A stretch of 64,000 nucleotides of DNA, taken from positions 2,304,001 through 2,368,000 of the forward strand of contig CBDAOB010000005.1 in the NCBI GenBank assembly GCA_965197905.1, given 5' to 3'. The notes under the pieces are model-generated. The model had not been told where the DNA came from, ran no database searches, and saw nothing but the letters and a program-made list of their open reading frames with translations. Origin of the DNA: Candidatus Latescibacterota bacterium. GTDB lineage: Bacteria > Latescibacterota > UBA2968 > UBA8231. Shown here piece by piece: positions 11,569 to 21,574 of the stretch. Within the stretch, counting starts at the first letter, position 1, and each line of letters opens with the position of its first letter. The position numbers and the translations under genes were made by a program.

Positions 11569-14455
11569 CAACCACGACGCCATGAGCTACAGAGCCGATC
11601 ACGCCCCAGGAGAGCGGATTGACCGCGGTCGCACCCTGCGGTTTACGTTCGACGGAGAACCACGCCACGGGCATGCCGGTGACACCATTGGCTCCGCACT
11701 GGCGGCGGCGGGGACCACCGTTCTGAGCCGCTCGTTCAAATACCACCGTCCCCGCGGCCTTCTGTGCTGCAGCGGCGCCTGTCCCAACTGCCTGGTACGC
11801 GTGGGAAAGGAACCGAACGTGCGCGCCTGCCAACGGCGGCTCGAAGAAGGCATGCAGGTCCGTTCGCAAAACGCCTGGCCCTCTCTGAAGCGGGACCTGT
11901 TGTCCTGGTTCGGCAAAGCCGGACGTTTCATGCCGGTGGGATTCTACTACAAGACCTTCATCCGACCGGCGAGCATGTGGCCGTTTTTCGAGCGCGTCCT
12001 GCGCCGCGCCGCCGGCCTGGGAATGGTGGACGTCACCTCTCTTCCCGCGAGCTTCGACAAGGAGTACGTGCACGCCGAGGTGACGGTTGTGGGAGGGGGA
12101 CCGGCGGGTTTGACCGCGGCGCTTGCCGCCGCCGATGGCGGTGCAGCGACTCTGCTGTTGGACAACCAGGACGAGCTGGGCGGCCACCTGCGATACAGTC
12201 GGCCGGGTGGATCCGCGGCAGCGGAGCTGCGCCAGCGCGTAGCGGATCACACGGGTATCCGAGTTTTCACGCGAACCGAAGCGATCGGATGGTACCTGGG
12301 AAATTGGATCGCGGCCCAGCAAGAGAACAGGTTGCTGAAGATTCGCACCAGCGCCTTCGTTCTGGCTAGCGGCGTCCACGAGAATCTCCTGCTCTTCGAC
12401 AACAACGACCTTCCGGGGGTGATGCTGGGGAGCGGCGTGCAGAGACTGCTGCACCTCTACGGCGTAGCGCCCGCAACGAGAGTGTTGGTTGTCGCCGCCA
12501 ACGAAGATGGCTGGACTGTAGCGGCCGATCTGCGTCGGGCCGGCGTCGAGATCGTTGCCGTCGCCGACGAGCGCGAGACCGCTGAATCGCCCGCAGCCGC
12601 CACCCTCAAGGCAGAGGGGGTCCGCTGTCTGTTCCGACATACAATCGTGAGAGCCCACGGTGAGAACCGCGTCACCGGCGCTCAGATCGCGCGACTTGAC
12701 GTGGAAGGCAACGTCGACTTCAACGCCGTCTCCGAGCTCGGGTGTGATTCTATCGTTCTCAGTGTCGGCTGGACCCCGGCGCTCGAGCTGCTGCACATGG
12801 CGGGGGGTGCGACCAGTTACGACGAAAGGCGCTGTGAGTTTTCTATCTCCATGCAGCCACCTGGCGTCTTCGTTGCCGGGCGCGCCAATGGCGGCCACGA
12901 CCTCGACTGGCAGATGCAGGACGGCACCTACGCCGGGCGCGCCGCAGCCGCGTTCTGCGGGGCGTCCGGGGCGCTGCTGAGCGAAGTGCCGCCAAGACCG
13001 GCTGAACCCAGACGCACCTCCCCGCGAGTGATCATCCCCGGTGGCAAGAAACGTTTCCTATGTCTCTGCGAAGATGTGACCAATCATGACCTGGAAACGT
13101 CGTTGCAGGAAGGTTATGACAGCATCGAGCTGCTGAAACGGTACAGCACGATCTCGATGGGACCGTGCCAGGGAAAGATGTGCTCTGCCAATGCGATCCA
13201 CCTTTGTGCTCGGGTCTGCGGCCGCTCCGTGGCCGAGACCGGCCGCACGACGTCGCGGCCCCCGGTGTCACCGGTGAGTCTTGGGGTGCTGGCCGGCCAG
13301 AGAATGGAGCCGGTACGCCTGGGTGCCCTCCACGATTGGCACCTCCGACACGGCGCCAAAATGATGGTGGCGGGATCGTGGCTACGACCGGAACACTACG
13401 GTGCCCCAACTGCTGAAGTCTGCTCGGTGCGGCAAGGCGTGGGTTTGATCGACGTCAGCACCCTGGGAAAATACCGGCTCACCGGACCGGGAGTGCCGCG
13501 ATTTCTCGAGCGCGTCTATGTCAATCAGTGGCGTAAGCTCGAGGTGGACCGCGTGCGTTACGGGATCATGTGCAACGACGAGGGGGTGGTGATGGACGAC
13601 GGGGTGTGCGCCCGCGTCGATGAGGCAGAGTGGTATTTGAGCACCACCTCTTCAGGCGCCATTGGCGTGGAACAGTGGCTGCAGTGGTGGATACAATCCG
13701 GATGGGGTGAAGACGGGGTGCACCTGGTGGATCTCACCGATCAGTACTCCGCGTTCAATCTTGCCGGCCCACTCTCGCGTCAGGTTCTTCAACAGCTGAC
13801 GGCGGCCGACCTGAGCAACGAGAGCCTGCCTTACATGAGCACTCGGGAGATCGCAATCGACGGCATCTCGTGCCGTCTTCTGCGCATCGGATTCACCGGC
13901 GAGCTATCCTACGAGGTTCATTGTCCTTCCGGTTTTGCCCATCATCTTTGGAATGCCATCATGGAGGCAGGGGCCGACTGCTCGATCCGGCCCTTCGGCG
14001 TCGAAGCACAACGCATCTTGCGCTTGGAGAAGGGCCACGTCATCGTGGGCCAGGACACCGACGCTATCTCGGATCCTCTTTCCGCCAATATGGCCTGGGC
14101 CGTTAAACTCAAGAAACGGGATTTTCTGGGGAAGCAGGAGCTCGTCCGCATCGCGGCAGCGGGCACCCGGCAGCTCCTGGTCGGATTCAAGATGGATCGC
14201 AGTAGTTCGACACCCGACGAAGGCATGCAGATTGTCGAGCAGACCCGCTCGGGAGACTTGAAGATTCTGGGATGGGTGACCTCCAGCAGGTTCAGCCCTA
14301 CGCTGGGAGAATCGATCGGCCTGTGCTGGCTTCCCAGGGAGCGGGCAGAGCAGGAGGGCTCCCCCTTGGAGATATATATGGACGGCACCCTGGAAGGCGC
14401 CCGCGTCTTCCACGGGCCGTTCTACGATCCCGCAGGAGAGAAACTGCGCTCATGA
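11561..14455 (+). CDS. soxA: Sarcosine oxidase alpha-type subunit (MgdC-like)
   Basis: RSFKYHRPRG, CCSGACPNC, GGGPAG, CLCEDV...GPCQGKMC, C-terminal GcvT domain (DVSTLGK, GFTGELSYE, LRLEKG). Confidence 0.92.
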   Translation: MSSNHDAMSYRADHAPGERIDRGRTLRFTFDGEPRHGHAGDTIGSALAAAGTTVLSRSFKYHRPRGLLCCSGACPNCLVRVGKEPNVRACQRRLEEGMQVRSQNAWPSLKRDLLSWFGKAGRFMPVGFYYKTFIRPASMWPFFERVLRRAAGLGMVDVTSLPASFDKEYVHAEVTVVGGGPAGLTAALAAADGGAATLLLDNQDELGGHLRYSRPGGSAAAELRQRVADHTGIRVFTRTEAIGWYLGNWIAAQQENRLLKIRTSAFVLASGVHENLLLFDNNDLPGVMLGSGVQRLLHLYGVAPATRVLVVAANEDGWTVAADLRRAGVEIVAVADERETAESPAAATLKAEGVRCLFRHTIVRAHGENRVTGAQIARLDVEGNVDFNAVSELGCDSIVLSVGWTPALELLHMAGGATSYDERRCEFSISMQPPGVFVAGRANGGHDLDWQMQDGTYAGRAAAAFCGASGALLSEVPPRPAEPRRTSPRVIIPGGKKRFLCLCEDVTNHDLETSLQEGYDSIELLKRYSTISMGPCQGKMCSANAIHLCARVCGRSVAETGRTTSRPPVSPVSLGVLAGQRMEPVRLGALHDWHLRHGAKMMVAGSWLRPEHYGAPTAEVCSVRQGVGLIDVSTLGKYRLTGPGVPRFLERVYVNQWRKLEVDRVRYGIMCNDEGVVMDDGVCARVDEAEWYLSTTSSGAIGVEQWLQWWIQSGWGEDGVHLVDLTDQYSAFNLAGPLSRQVLQQLTAADLSNESLPYMSTREIAIDGISCRLLRIGFTGELSYEVHCPSGFAHHLWNAIMEAGADCSIRPFGVEAQRILRLEKGHVIVGQDTDAISDPLSANMAWAVKLKKRDFLGKQELVRIAAAGTRQLLVGFKMDRSSSTPDEGMQIVEQTRSGDLKILGWVTSSRFSPTLGESIGLCWLPRERAEQEGSPLEIYMDGTLEGARVFHGPFYDPAGEKLRS

Positions 14456-15171
14456 ACCTTCAAGGGAGAAGCCCCGTGGAAGCGGCTGCGACCGCAAGCG
14501 GCGCACGTTTCATGGAAACCGGCGAATGGCGAATCCCCGCTTCGTTTAGCTCCGCGAAGCACGAGGCTGAAGCTGCCCGAACAATGCTGGCACTCTTCGA
14601 CTCGAGCGCCCGTGGCAAACTCGAGATACTGGGCGCGGACGCGGATGGGTTCCTGCAGGATTCGCTGGGATCCGGCCCCCTTGAGATCGGTTGTGGACAT
14701 GCGGTATCTTGGGGTCATCTCTATCGCTTGCGCCAGGATCTCTATTTCGGGACCACTCGTGGAAGTGCGACGGAAATCGTGAACGAGTTGCATGCGGCAG
14801 CACATCGCGGCCAATGGTTTGTTACGCTCACCGAAGTCACCCATGGGCGTTCCGAGCTCTGGCTCGTCGGACCCCAGAGTCGATCCATGATGGCCAAGGT
14901 TTGTGCGCTCGACCTGCAGCCTTCCGCCTTTCCCGATGGTGCAGCCGCTTTTGGAAGCGTCGCAAAAACGACCCAGCTGATCTTGCGCAAGGATGTTGCC
15001 GGCCTATTGTGTTTCGCTTTGATCGGACCCCGTTCGCTCGGCGACTATCTGTGGAAGGTTTTGTTGGAAGCGGGGGAAGAATGGCGGGTAACGCCGGCGG
15101 GAGGACACGCACTGGAGATACTCGAATCGCGTCGACAACCAAGAGGAGACAGATATTATGACCTTGAGTGA
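14452..15171 (+). CDS. soxG: Sarcosine oxidase gamma-type / GcvT-like subunit (MgdD-like)
   Basis: ATGA overlap with the soxA stop; GcvT-like segments (DSSARGK, VCALDL, PRSLGDYLWKVLLEAG). Confidence 0.8.
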   Translation: MNLQGRSPVEAAATASGARFMETGEWRIPASFSSAKHEAEAARTMLALFDSSARGKLEILGADADGFLQDSLGSGPLEIGCGHAVSWGHLYRLRQDLYFGTTRGSATEIVNELHAAAHRGQWFVTLTEVTHGRSELWLVGPQSRSMMAKVCALDLQPSAFPDGAAAFGSVAKTTQLILRKDVAGLLCFALIGPRSLGDYLWKVLLEAGEEWRVTPAGGHALEILESRRQPRGDRYYDLE

Positions 15172-16492
15172 CGTCAAGAAACTGGTGAAAGACGAAGGCA
15201 TTGAGTTTTTCCTCTGTTCGTTCGTGGAGATGGGTGGCTTACCCAAAGCCAAACTCGTACCCGCGACCCATCTGGACGACATGGCGGCAGAGGGAGCGGG
15301 GTTTGCCGGTTTTGCCACTGGCGAAATGGGTCAAGGTCCACACGATCCGGAGATGGCTGTTATTCCCGACTTTGACTCAGTGTCGGTTGTGCCGTGGCGC
15401 AAAAACATGGCCTGGGTGGCGGGAAACGCCCTGGTGGAAGGCGAGGCATTCGATTACTGTCCGCGCACGATTCTGCAGCGACAGATCGATCGGGCGAAAT
15501 CCCGCGGCTTTCGTTTCAACGTGGGGGTGGAAGCGGAATTCATGCTACTGAAGCGTGCCGAGGATGGCACTCACGTTCCCTACGATCCGCTCGATGTATT
15601 GGACAAACCGTGCTACGATCTGGTCACCCTGCACCGCAACCTCGACCTGATGACCACACTGATCGGCTACATGCAAGAACTCGGGTGGGGGCCGTACGCC
15701 AACGATCACGAGGATGCCAACTGCCAATTCGAGATCAACTGGGAGTTCTCTGACGCCATCGCGACCGCCGACCGCCACACCTTCTTCCGTTGGATGGTCA
15801 AAACCGCCGCCGAAGACCAGGGCATCCTAGCCACCTTCATGCCCAAACCGTTCAGCCACCTCACCGGTAGCGGCGCGCACTTTCACATGAGCCTATGGGA
15901 CGAGAAAAACAGTACCAATCTGTTTCTGGACGAAAGCGACGAGCAGGGTCTGTCCCAGGAAGCCTACTGGTTTATGGGCGGCTTGTTGCATCACGCCAAG
16001 GCATTGATCGCCGTAAACGGTCCGATTGTGAATAGCTACAAACGGTTGACTCGGGGTGCGCCGAGGTCGGGCGCCTCCTGGGCGCCGGTCTACATCACCT
16101 ACGGAGCTTCGAACCGGACGCAGATGATTCGCATTCCAGCTCCGGGACGCATCGAAAATCGCGCTGTTGACGGTTCCGCCAATCCGTATCTCTCGTGCGC
16201 CGCCATGTTGGCCGCCGGGTTGGACGGTATCGAAAACAAGATCGATCCAGGAACCCGCAACAGCGACAACCTCTACGAGGTGGAAGAAGAGGAACTGACG
16301 AGGCGGGGCATCGATTTCCTACCGTCGACCTTGAAGGAGGCGATCGAACATTTCGCTGCGAACGAGGTGATGAAACAGGCGTTCGGCCCCGAGTACGCGG
16401 ATTATTACGTGCAGGTGAAGCAGAATGAATGGCAGCAGTACCATCAGATCGTCGACCAATGGGAAAGGGACCGCTACTTGCCTGTCTACTAG
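15158..16492 (+). CDS. gmaS: GlnT-type glutamine synthetase family protein, probable gamma-glutamylmethylamide synthetase
   Basis: KAKLVPA, GAGFAGFA, GVEAEF, NDHEDANCQFEIN, TFMPKPF, SGASWAP, NRTQMIR; overlaps soxG by 14 nt. Confidence 0.75.
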   Translation: MTLSDVKKLVKDEGIEFFLCSFVEMGGLPKAKLVPATHLDDMAAEGAGFAGFATGEMGQGPHDPEMAVIPDFDSVSVVPWRKNMAWVAGNALVEGEAFDYCPRTILQRQIDRAKSRGFRFNVGVEAEFMLLKRAEDGTHVPYDPLDVLDKPCYDLVTLHRNLDLMTTLIGYMQELGWGPYANDHEDANCQFEINWEFSDAIATADRHTFFRWMVKTAAEDQGILATFMPKPFSHLTGSGAHFHMSLWDEKNSTNLFLDESDEQGLSQEAYWFMGGLLHHAKALIAVNGPIVNSYKRLTRGAPRSGASWAPVYITYGASNRTQMIRIPAPGRIENRAVDGSANPYLSCAAMLAAGLDGIENKIDPGTRNSDNLYEVEEEELTRRGIDFLPSTLKEAIEHFAANEVMKQAFGPEYADYYVQVKQNEWQQYHQIVDQWERDRYLPVY

Positions 16493-16522
16493 ACAGACGA
16501 TGCGCAGACAACGAGCGATACC

Positions 16523-18775
16523 ATGGCTTCGCCCCATCTGACAAGCTCAAGTGCGCCCGCGGATCTTTTCGACGCCAGCGAGAAGGACCGGTCGGAACGC
16601 GACGCCCCGTTGGCGGCGCGTATGCGCCCACGGACCCTCGATGAGTTTCTGGGTCAGGGACACATACTCGGAGAAGGCCGTCTGCTGCGCCGTGCCATAC
16701 AGGCCGATCAGCTTTCTTCCCTCTTGTTCTATGGGCCACCGGGCACTGGCAAGACTACGTTGGCGGCGGTCATCGCAAATACTACCAGCTCCCACTTCAT
16801 ATCTCTCAACGCGGTTTTGGCCGGCGTCGGCGACATTAGAAAAGCGGTAGAGGATGCGCAGGAGCGCCACAAGTTTCACAGCCAACGCACCATCCTCTTC
16901 GTCGACGAAGTGCACCGTTTCAACAAAGCCCAACAAGACGCACTTTTGCCCTGGGTGGAGAATGGCACCGTAATCCTCATCGGTGCCACTACCGAGAATC
17001 CCTACTTCTCGGTGAATCGACCGCTCCTATCCCGCAGCCGAATCTTCCAGCTGGAATCGTTGGAGGCAACGGATCTCCGACGAGTCGCGCTCCAAGCCCT
17101 CAAGGATGAGCGGGGGTTTTCCCATCTTCCGGTAGAGGTGGAGGAAGTGGCTCTGAACCATCTCGTCGACGTCTCCAATGGCGACGCACGCGCCTTGCTC
17201 AATGCTCTGGAGCTGGCCGTGGAAACGACACCTCCAGACCGCGACGGCAAGATTCTGGTCGACCTGGAGGTCGCCGAGGAGTCGATCCAACGGCGGGCCG
17301 TTCTCTACGACAAGGAAGGGGACTACCACTTTGACACCATAAGCGCCTTCATCAAGTCGATGCGGGGCTCGGATCCGGATGCAACGATGTACTGGCTGGC
17401 GAGAATGGTGTATGCCGGCGAGGATCCCCACTTCCTGTTGCGGAGAATGATCATCTTCGCAGGTGAGGACATCGGTCTTGCTGATCCGAACGCTCTATCC
17501 GTGGCGGTGGCGGCGGCGCAAGCCTTCGACCGGGTCGGTTTGCCCGAAGGACGTTTTCACCTGGCGGAAGCGGCACTGTATCTTGCGACGGCCGCCAAAA
17601 GCAACTCGGTGTTTGCGTTCTTCGACGCCCTTGCCAGCGTCGAGGCCGAAAAGGATTCCGAGATTCCAAACCATTTGAAAGACGCCAACCGGGACGCCGA
17701 GGGTTTTGGCCACGGGGCAAACTACCTCTACCCCCATGCCTATCGGGATCATTGGGTTGAACAGCAGTACTTGCCGCAAGGGCTGGCCGGACGGGTTTTT
17801 TACGAACCTTCCGATCAAGGTCATGAAGCGCTCATCCGTGACCAGGTGCAGCGCCGTCGGGAATTGCAGTTGGCGGCGATGGTGGAAGCACACCACGCAC
17901 CCTCGGAGATTCTCACCCATACACCCAAGGACCGCTCCCGAGATCAGTGGCTCAAACGTATCGCCGATGACACCGGCGCCCATCTTGCGGCGGTGCGCGA
18001 TCAGCTGTTTCGGAACCTAGATATTCAACGGCATGATCTGATTATCGACTTGAACGCCGGCACCGGCCTGCTCACCTGGGAGGCACTGCGCAAGGCACCC
18101 GAAGGGGGCGTCTGGTCGGTATGTGCGGAGCGGACGGTCGCCGTCGCCCTGCACGAGCTTTCCGCCCGCCTTCCCGAAGTCGAACGACCCAATATCATCC
18201 AATGCGGTCTGCCGGATCTGAAGAAGACGCTGGAAGATCGAGGAGAAACAGTCGTCTTCGATTTCGCAGTAGGTCGAAATTCCCTGGGCGGTTTGAGCTC
18301 GAAAGGCCAGGTCGTGGCCGATCTGGCCGCCTTGCTGGCTGCCAAGGCCAGGGTGAGCATCTTCGAGCAGGTGCAACGCCGTGCCCAGCGCCTATGCGAA
18401 TTGGTAGATCTCGAGGATGGCGATCTCCAGGACCGGGTCAGCAAGGCGGAAGAAGCGATCTATGCTTCCACGGAAAACCCCCACGTCGGTTGGGACGCCG
18501 AGGATTTGGAAGCGCTTTTCGCCGGGGCCGGTTTCGCGGAGTTGGAGGTCCGCCCGGAGGAGCTGCGCGCGGCCAGACGCATCACTGCGCAACAGATCGG
18601 CCAATGGTTCAGTGCCGGCGGCGATAAGAATCCCACTTACGCATGGCACCTGAGTCGCAACCTCGGTCAGACGGAAGTCGATTACGTCCGTCGTCGGTTC
18701 GAACGCCAGCTGGGAAACAAGGATGTAGAATGGAAGGTTTCGCACCTTTATTTGTGCGCTCGAAAAGGCGGCTGA
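16523..18775 (+). CDS. rarA: Replication-associated recombination protein A with a C-terminal SAM-methyltransferase-like extension
   Basis: [45 protein letters not shown]; extra ~290 aa containing DLNAGTG. Confidence 0.88.
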   Translation: MASPHLTSSSAPADLFDASEKDRSERDAPLAARMRPRTLDEFLGQGHILGEGRLLRRAIQADQLSSLLFYGPPGTGKTTLAAVIANTTSSHFISLNAVLAGVGDIRKAVEDAQERHKFHSQRTILFVDEVHRFNKAQQDALLPWVENGTVILIGATTENPYFSVNRPLLSRSRIFQLESLEATDLRRVALQALKDERGFSHLPVEVEEVALNHLVDVSNGDARALLNALELAVETTPPDRDGKILVDLEVAEESIQRRAVLYDKEGDYHFDTISAFIKSMRGSDPDATMYWLARMVYAGEDPHFLLRRMIIFAGEDIGLADPNALSVAVAAAQAFDRVGLPEGRFHLAEAALYLATAAKSNSVFAFFDALASVEAEKDSEIPNHLKDANRDAEGFGHGANYLYPHAYRDHWVEQQYLPQGLAGRVFYEPSDQGHEALIRDQVQRRRELQLAAMVEAHHAPSEILTHTPKDRSRDQWLKRIADDTGAHLAAVRDQLFRNLDIQRHDLIIDLNAGTGLLTWEALRKAPEGGVWSVCAERTVAVALHELSARLPEVERPNIIQCGLPDLKKTLEDRGETVVFDFAVGRNSLGGLSSKGQVVADLAALLAAKARVSIFEQVQRRAQRLCELVDLEDGDLQDRVSKAEEAIYASTENPHVGWDAEDLEALFAGAGFAELEVRPEELRAARRITAQQIGQWFSAGGDKNPTYAWHLSRNLGQTEVDYVRRRFERQLGNKDVEWKVSHLYLCARKGG

Positions 18776-18795
18776 TTTTGGCGGCCCCAAGCGGT

Positions 18796-18824
18796 TTGAT
18801 TTATGCTAATCCACCTGTTACATT
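18796..18824 (+). promoter_or_regulatory. Sigma70-type promoter candidate for the HEAT lipoprotein
   Basis: TTGATT (18796-18801), 17-nt spacer, TACATT (18819-18824) with TGn extended -10. Confidence 0.4.
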
Positions 18825-18882
18825 ACGGGCGCCAATGCGTTACACGGCTTGGTGTTGGTTAATCTCACGAATTGAAAAACTG

Positions 18883-20145
18883 ATGAAGCTGACCTCTTCT
18901 CCGCTGCAAATTGTCTGTTTACTCGTCTTCTGCTGGTCGTTTCTAGGCTGCAGCACCACCGAACAACAGGTAGATGAGCTGCTCGACACCCTCGCGGGAA
19001 ACGAGATCGAATCCGCAGAGTGGAACCGCGCCGTGGACGGCTTAGTGGAAATCGGCCGTCCGGCGGCGCGCCAGCTCTCGGCTCATCTGGACCCGGCGTT
19101 GTACGTCGGCGAAAACTACCGCGAACACCGCCTCGAGATCGAGAAGATTCGCACGGGTTGCGCCCGCGCCCTTGGACGGATAAAACCTCGAGCTGCCGGC
19201 CCCAAGCTGGCAGCCTGCATCACCAAGACGTTTACGAATCGCGAACGTATGGCCTGCCTTTGGGGTGTCGGGGAGATCGGTTTCGATCAGGCCAGTGTAG
19301 ATGCCTTGAAAAAGGAGTTGAAGCGGAAGGAGACGGTGCCTGCCGAGGTGGCCGCAGAGGACCCGATGATTCGGGTTCAGCTGGCGATTTCCATGATAAA
19401 GATGGATGACTACCTGGGCGTCGACGAGATCCACGCCGCCGTCTCCGGCGCCAACGAGGAGCTGGCCCGAAAGGCGCTCAACGGGTTGGCCGATGCGAAT
19501 TACTTCGGCGTGCCGTTGCTGGTGGAGCTCTCAGGCCTGTATGAGTCGAGACGGCCACAGATCACCGCCGCCCTCGACCAGGTGGAGAGCCAGTTGATCG
19601 CCCAATTGGAGGCGGAAGAGCCGGAGATTCGCTTTCAGTCGGCACGGGCCCTTGGTAAAATCGGCGACAAGGCGGCTGGCGCCGATCTCATCTCGGTCCT
19701 GGACGACCCCAGCAATCTTGTTCGCTTTAACGCGGCAGCTGCATTGGCGAACATGGGAGATGGAACCGGCGTTCGATTTCTTTTCGAGTCACTGCGCAAT
19801 GACGACCCGACACTGCGCCTGAATGCCGTCCGTTTCCTGACAGAGGTTCAGCGGCAAACGGGTGCGGTCGAGAAAGATCTGATCGAGGCCCTAGCCGGCG
19901 GCGATCCTCTTTCGCGCTCGGGAGCGGCCCAGGTACTCGGTCAGGCCGAGGTTGGCGCCTCGGTTCCGGCGCTGCTGGGAGCAACCGAGAGCGAGAATCC
20001 GGAGGTTCGCTGGAACGCGGCCATCGCCCTTGGTCAAATAGGCGAAACGGCGAGCCGCGGCCGGCTCGAGCAGCTGCTTCGAGACAGCGACGCTACAGTG
20101 GCCTACTACGCTCAGTGGGCCCTGAATCAATTGGGCCCGATCTGA
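18883..20145 (+). CDS. HEAT-repeat (PBS-lyase type) lipoprotein
   Basis: Signal peptide with FLGC lipobox; repeated units such as IRFQSARALGKIGD, VRFNAAAALANMGD, VRWNAAIALGQIGE. Confidence 0.82.
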   Translation: MKLTSSPLQIVCLLVFCWSFLGCSTTEQQVDELLDTLAGNEIESAEWNRAVDGLVEIGRPAARQLSAHLDPALYVGENYREHRLEIEKIRTGCARALGRIKPRAAGPKLAACITKTFTNRERMACLWGVGEIGFDQASVDALKKELKRKETVPAEVAAEDPMIRVQLAISMIKMDDYLGVDEIHAAVSGANEELARKALNGLADANYFGVPLLVELSGLYESRRPQITAALDQVESQLIAQLEAEEPEIRFQSARALGKIGDKAAGADLISVLDDPSNLVRFNAAAALANMGDGTGVRFLFESLRNDDPTLRLNAVRFLTEVQRQTGAVEKDLIEALAGGDPLSRSGAAQVLGQAEVGASVPALLGATESENPEVRWNAAIALGQIGETASRGRLEQLLRDSDATVAYYAQWALNQLGPI

Positions 20146-20329
20146 CCGGCTACCGTCAAATTCCCCGCCTAAACGCTATCCGGTTGCAACCCTGCGTGGC
20201 CGGCCCGACAAAATCATTCTACGCCGGCCGGCGCACGGAGGCAGATCTCCGACGAATCTCGAAGGCATCTAGAGTCGATCCCCTATGACCTACCCTATGC
20301 ACAATCCCGACTAACCGAACGAGAGGATC

Positions 20330-21571
20330 ATGTCCGAGCATATCAACAACTACGAGAATACGAATCGGCTGTTCGACAAGGCGGCTGACGCCCTCGACCT
20401 CAGCGACGAAATGCGCCTGCTCCTGAAGACACCCTTCCGCGAGATCCGCGTCGAGGTGCCCATCAAAATGGATACCAGAGACACGAAGGTTTTTGTCGGA
20501 TATAGGGTGCAGCACAACGGCTCGCGCGGTCCCATGAAGGGCGGCTTGCGCTACCATCCTGAGGTCGACTTCGACGAGGTGCGCTCGCTCGCCTCCCTCA
20601 TGACGTGGAAAACCGCGCTGGTGGATGTACCCTTCGGCGGCGCCAAGGGAGGCATTACGTGCGACCCACAAGAGATGAGTCTGGGGGAAGTAGAACGCCT
20701 GACGCGAAAGTTCACATCGCGCATCGGGTTCTGCTTCGGTCTGCAACGAGACATTCCTGCTCCGGACGTAAATACCAACGCCCAGATCATGGCCTGGATA
20801 ATGGACCAGTACGGAGCCCGGTATGGGCATACCCCGGGAATCGTTACGGGCAAGCCGCTTTCACTGGGAGGATCCCCTGGCCGGGAAGCTGCGACCGGGA
20901 GAGGAGTGAGTATCATCACCCTGGAAGCCGCCCGCGACGCGGGCGTCGAAATCGAGGGCGCACGCGTGGTCATACAGGGTTTCGGCAACGTGGGTTCCTA
21001 CACGGGTAAGTTCCTGCACGAGAAGGGAGCTAAAATCGTCGCCGTCAGCGATGCTTCCGGTGCCCTCTACGCGGAGGGTGGTCTACCGATCCCGGAACTC
21101 TTCGACCACGCCTACGAGCACCGGACCATAGATGGATTTGGGGGCGACAGCATCTCCAACGAGGAGCTTATCGAATTGGAGTGCGATATCCTCATCCCCG
21201 CCGCCTTGGGCGGCGTCATCACCCGCGAAAACGCCGACAACATAAAAACGCGTATGGTCGTTGAGGCGGCCAACTCGCCCGTCACCACCATCGCCGACGC
21301 CAAGTTGAATGACCGCGGAGTCCTCGTGGTGCCCGACATACTGGCCAACGCCGGCGGCGTTACCGTTTCCTACTTCGAGTGGGTGCAGAACATTCAGGTG
21401 TTCCGCTGGAACGAGGAGGAGGTCAATTCCCGCCTGTTCGAAATCATGACCACGGCGTACAGACAGGTGGCCGAGCAGATGAAGAGTCGGAACGTCAACA
21501 TGCGCACAGGTGCTTTTGCGATTGCCATCGACCGTGTCGCCGAGGCCGAACGGGTGCGAGGTGGCATCTAG
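20330..21571 (+). CDS. gdhA: Glutamate dehydrogenase (Glu/Leu/Phe/Val family)
   Basis: RGPMKGGLRYHP, PFGGAKGG, DIPAPDVNT, ATGRG, QGFGNVG, ANAGGVTVSYFEW. Confidence 0.93.
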   Translation: MSEHINNYENTNRLFDKAADALDLSDEMRLLLKTPFREIRVEVPIKMDTRDTKVFVGYRVQHNGSRGPMKGGLRYHPEVDFDEVRSLASLMTWKTALVDVPFGGAKGGITCDPQEMSLGEVERLTRKFTSRIGFCFGLQRDIPAPDVNTNAQIMAWIMDQYGARYGHTPGIVTGKPLSLGGSPGREAATGRGVSIITLEAARDAGVEIEGARVVIQGFGNVGSYTGKFLHEKGAKIVAVSDASGALYAEGGLPIPELFDHAYEHRTIDGFGGDSISNEELIELECDILIPAALGGVITRENADNIKTRMVVEAANSPVTTIADAKLNDRGVLVVPDILANAGGVTVSYFEWVQNIQVFRWNEEEVNSRLFEIMTTAYRQVAEQMKSRNVNMRTGAFAIAIDRVAEAERVRGGI

Positions 21572-21574
21572 TCG

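Noticed and set aside
11519..12898. Long antisense ORFs (also 21083-22228, 28317-29474, 35903-37288, 43810-44808, 45449-46498, 32616-33500, 47666-48622)
   Set aside because: They lie opposite well-supported genes, carry no motifs, and are expected shadow ORFs in GC-rich DNA with strong codon bias.
16523..18775. Reading rarA (alias mgsA) as N-methylglutamate synthase subunit MgsA because it follows gmaS
   Set aside because: Name collision only; the protein is a AAA+ ATPase, not a glutamine amidotransferase-like subunit.
20146..20329. Possible riboswitch in the 184-nt gdhA leader
   Set aside because: Only short GC-rich pairings; no match to glycine, glutamine or other aptamer consensus that I can support.
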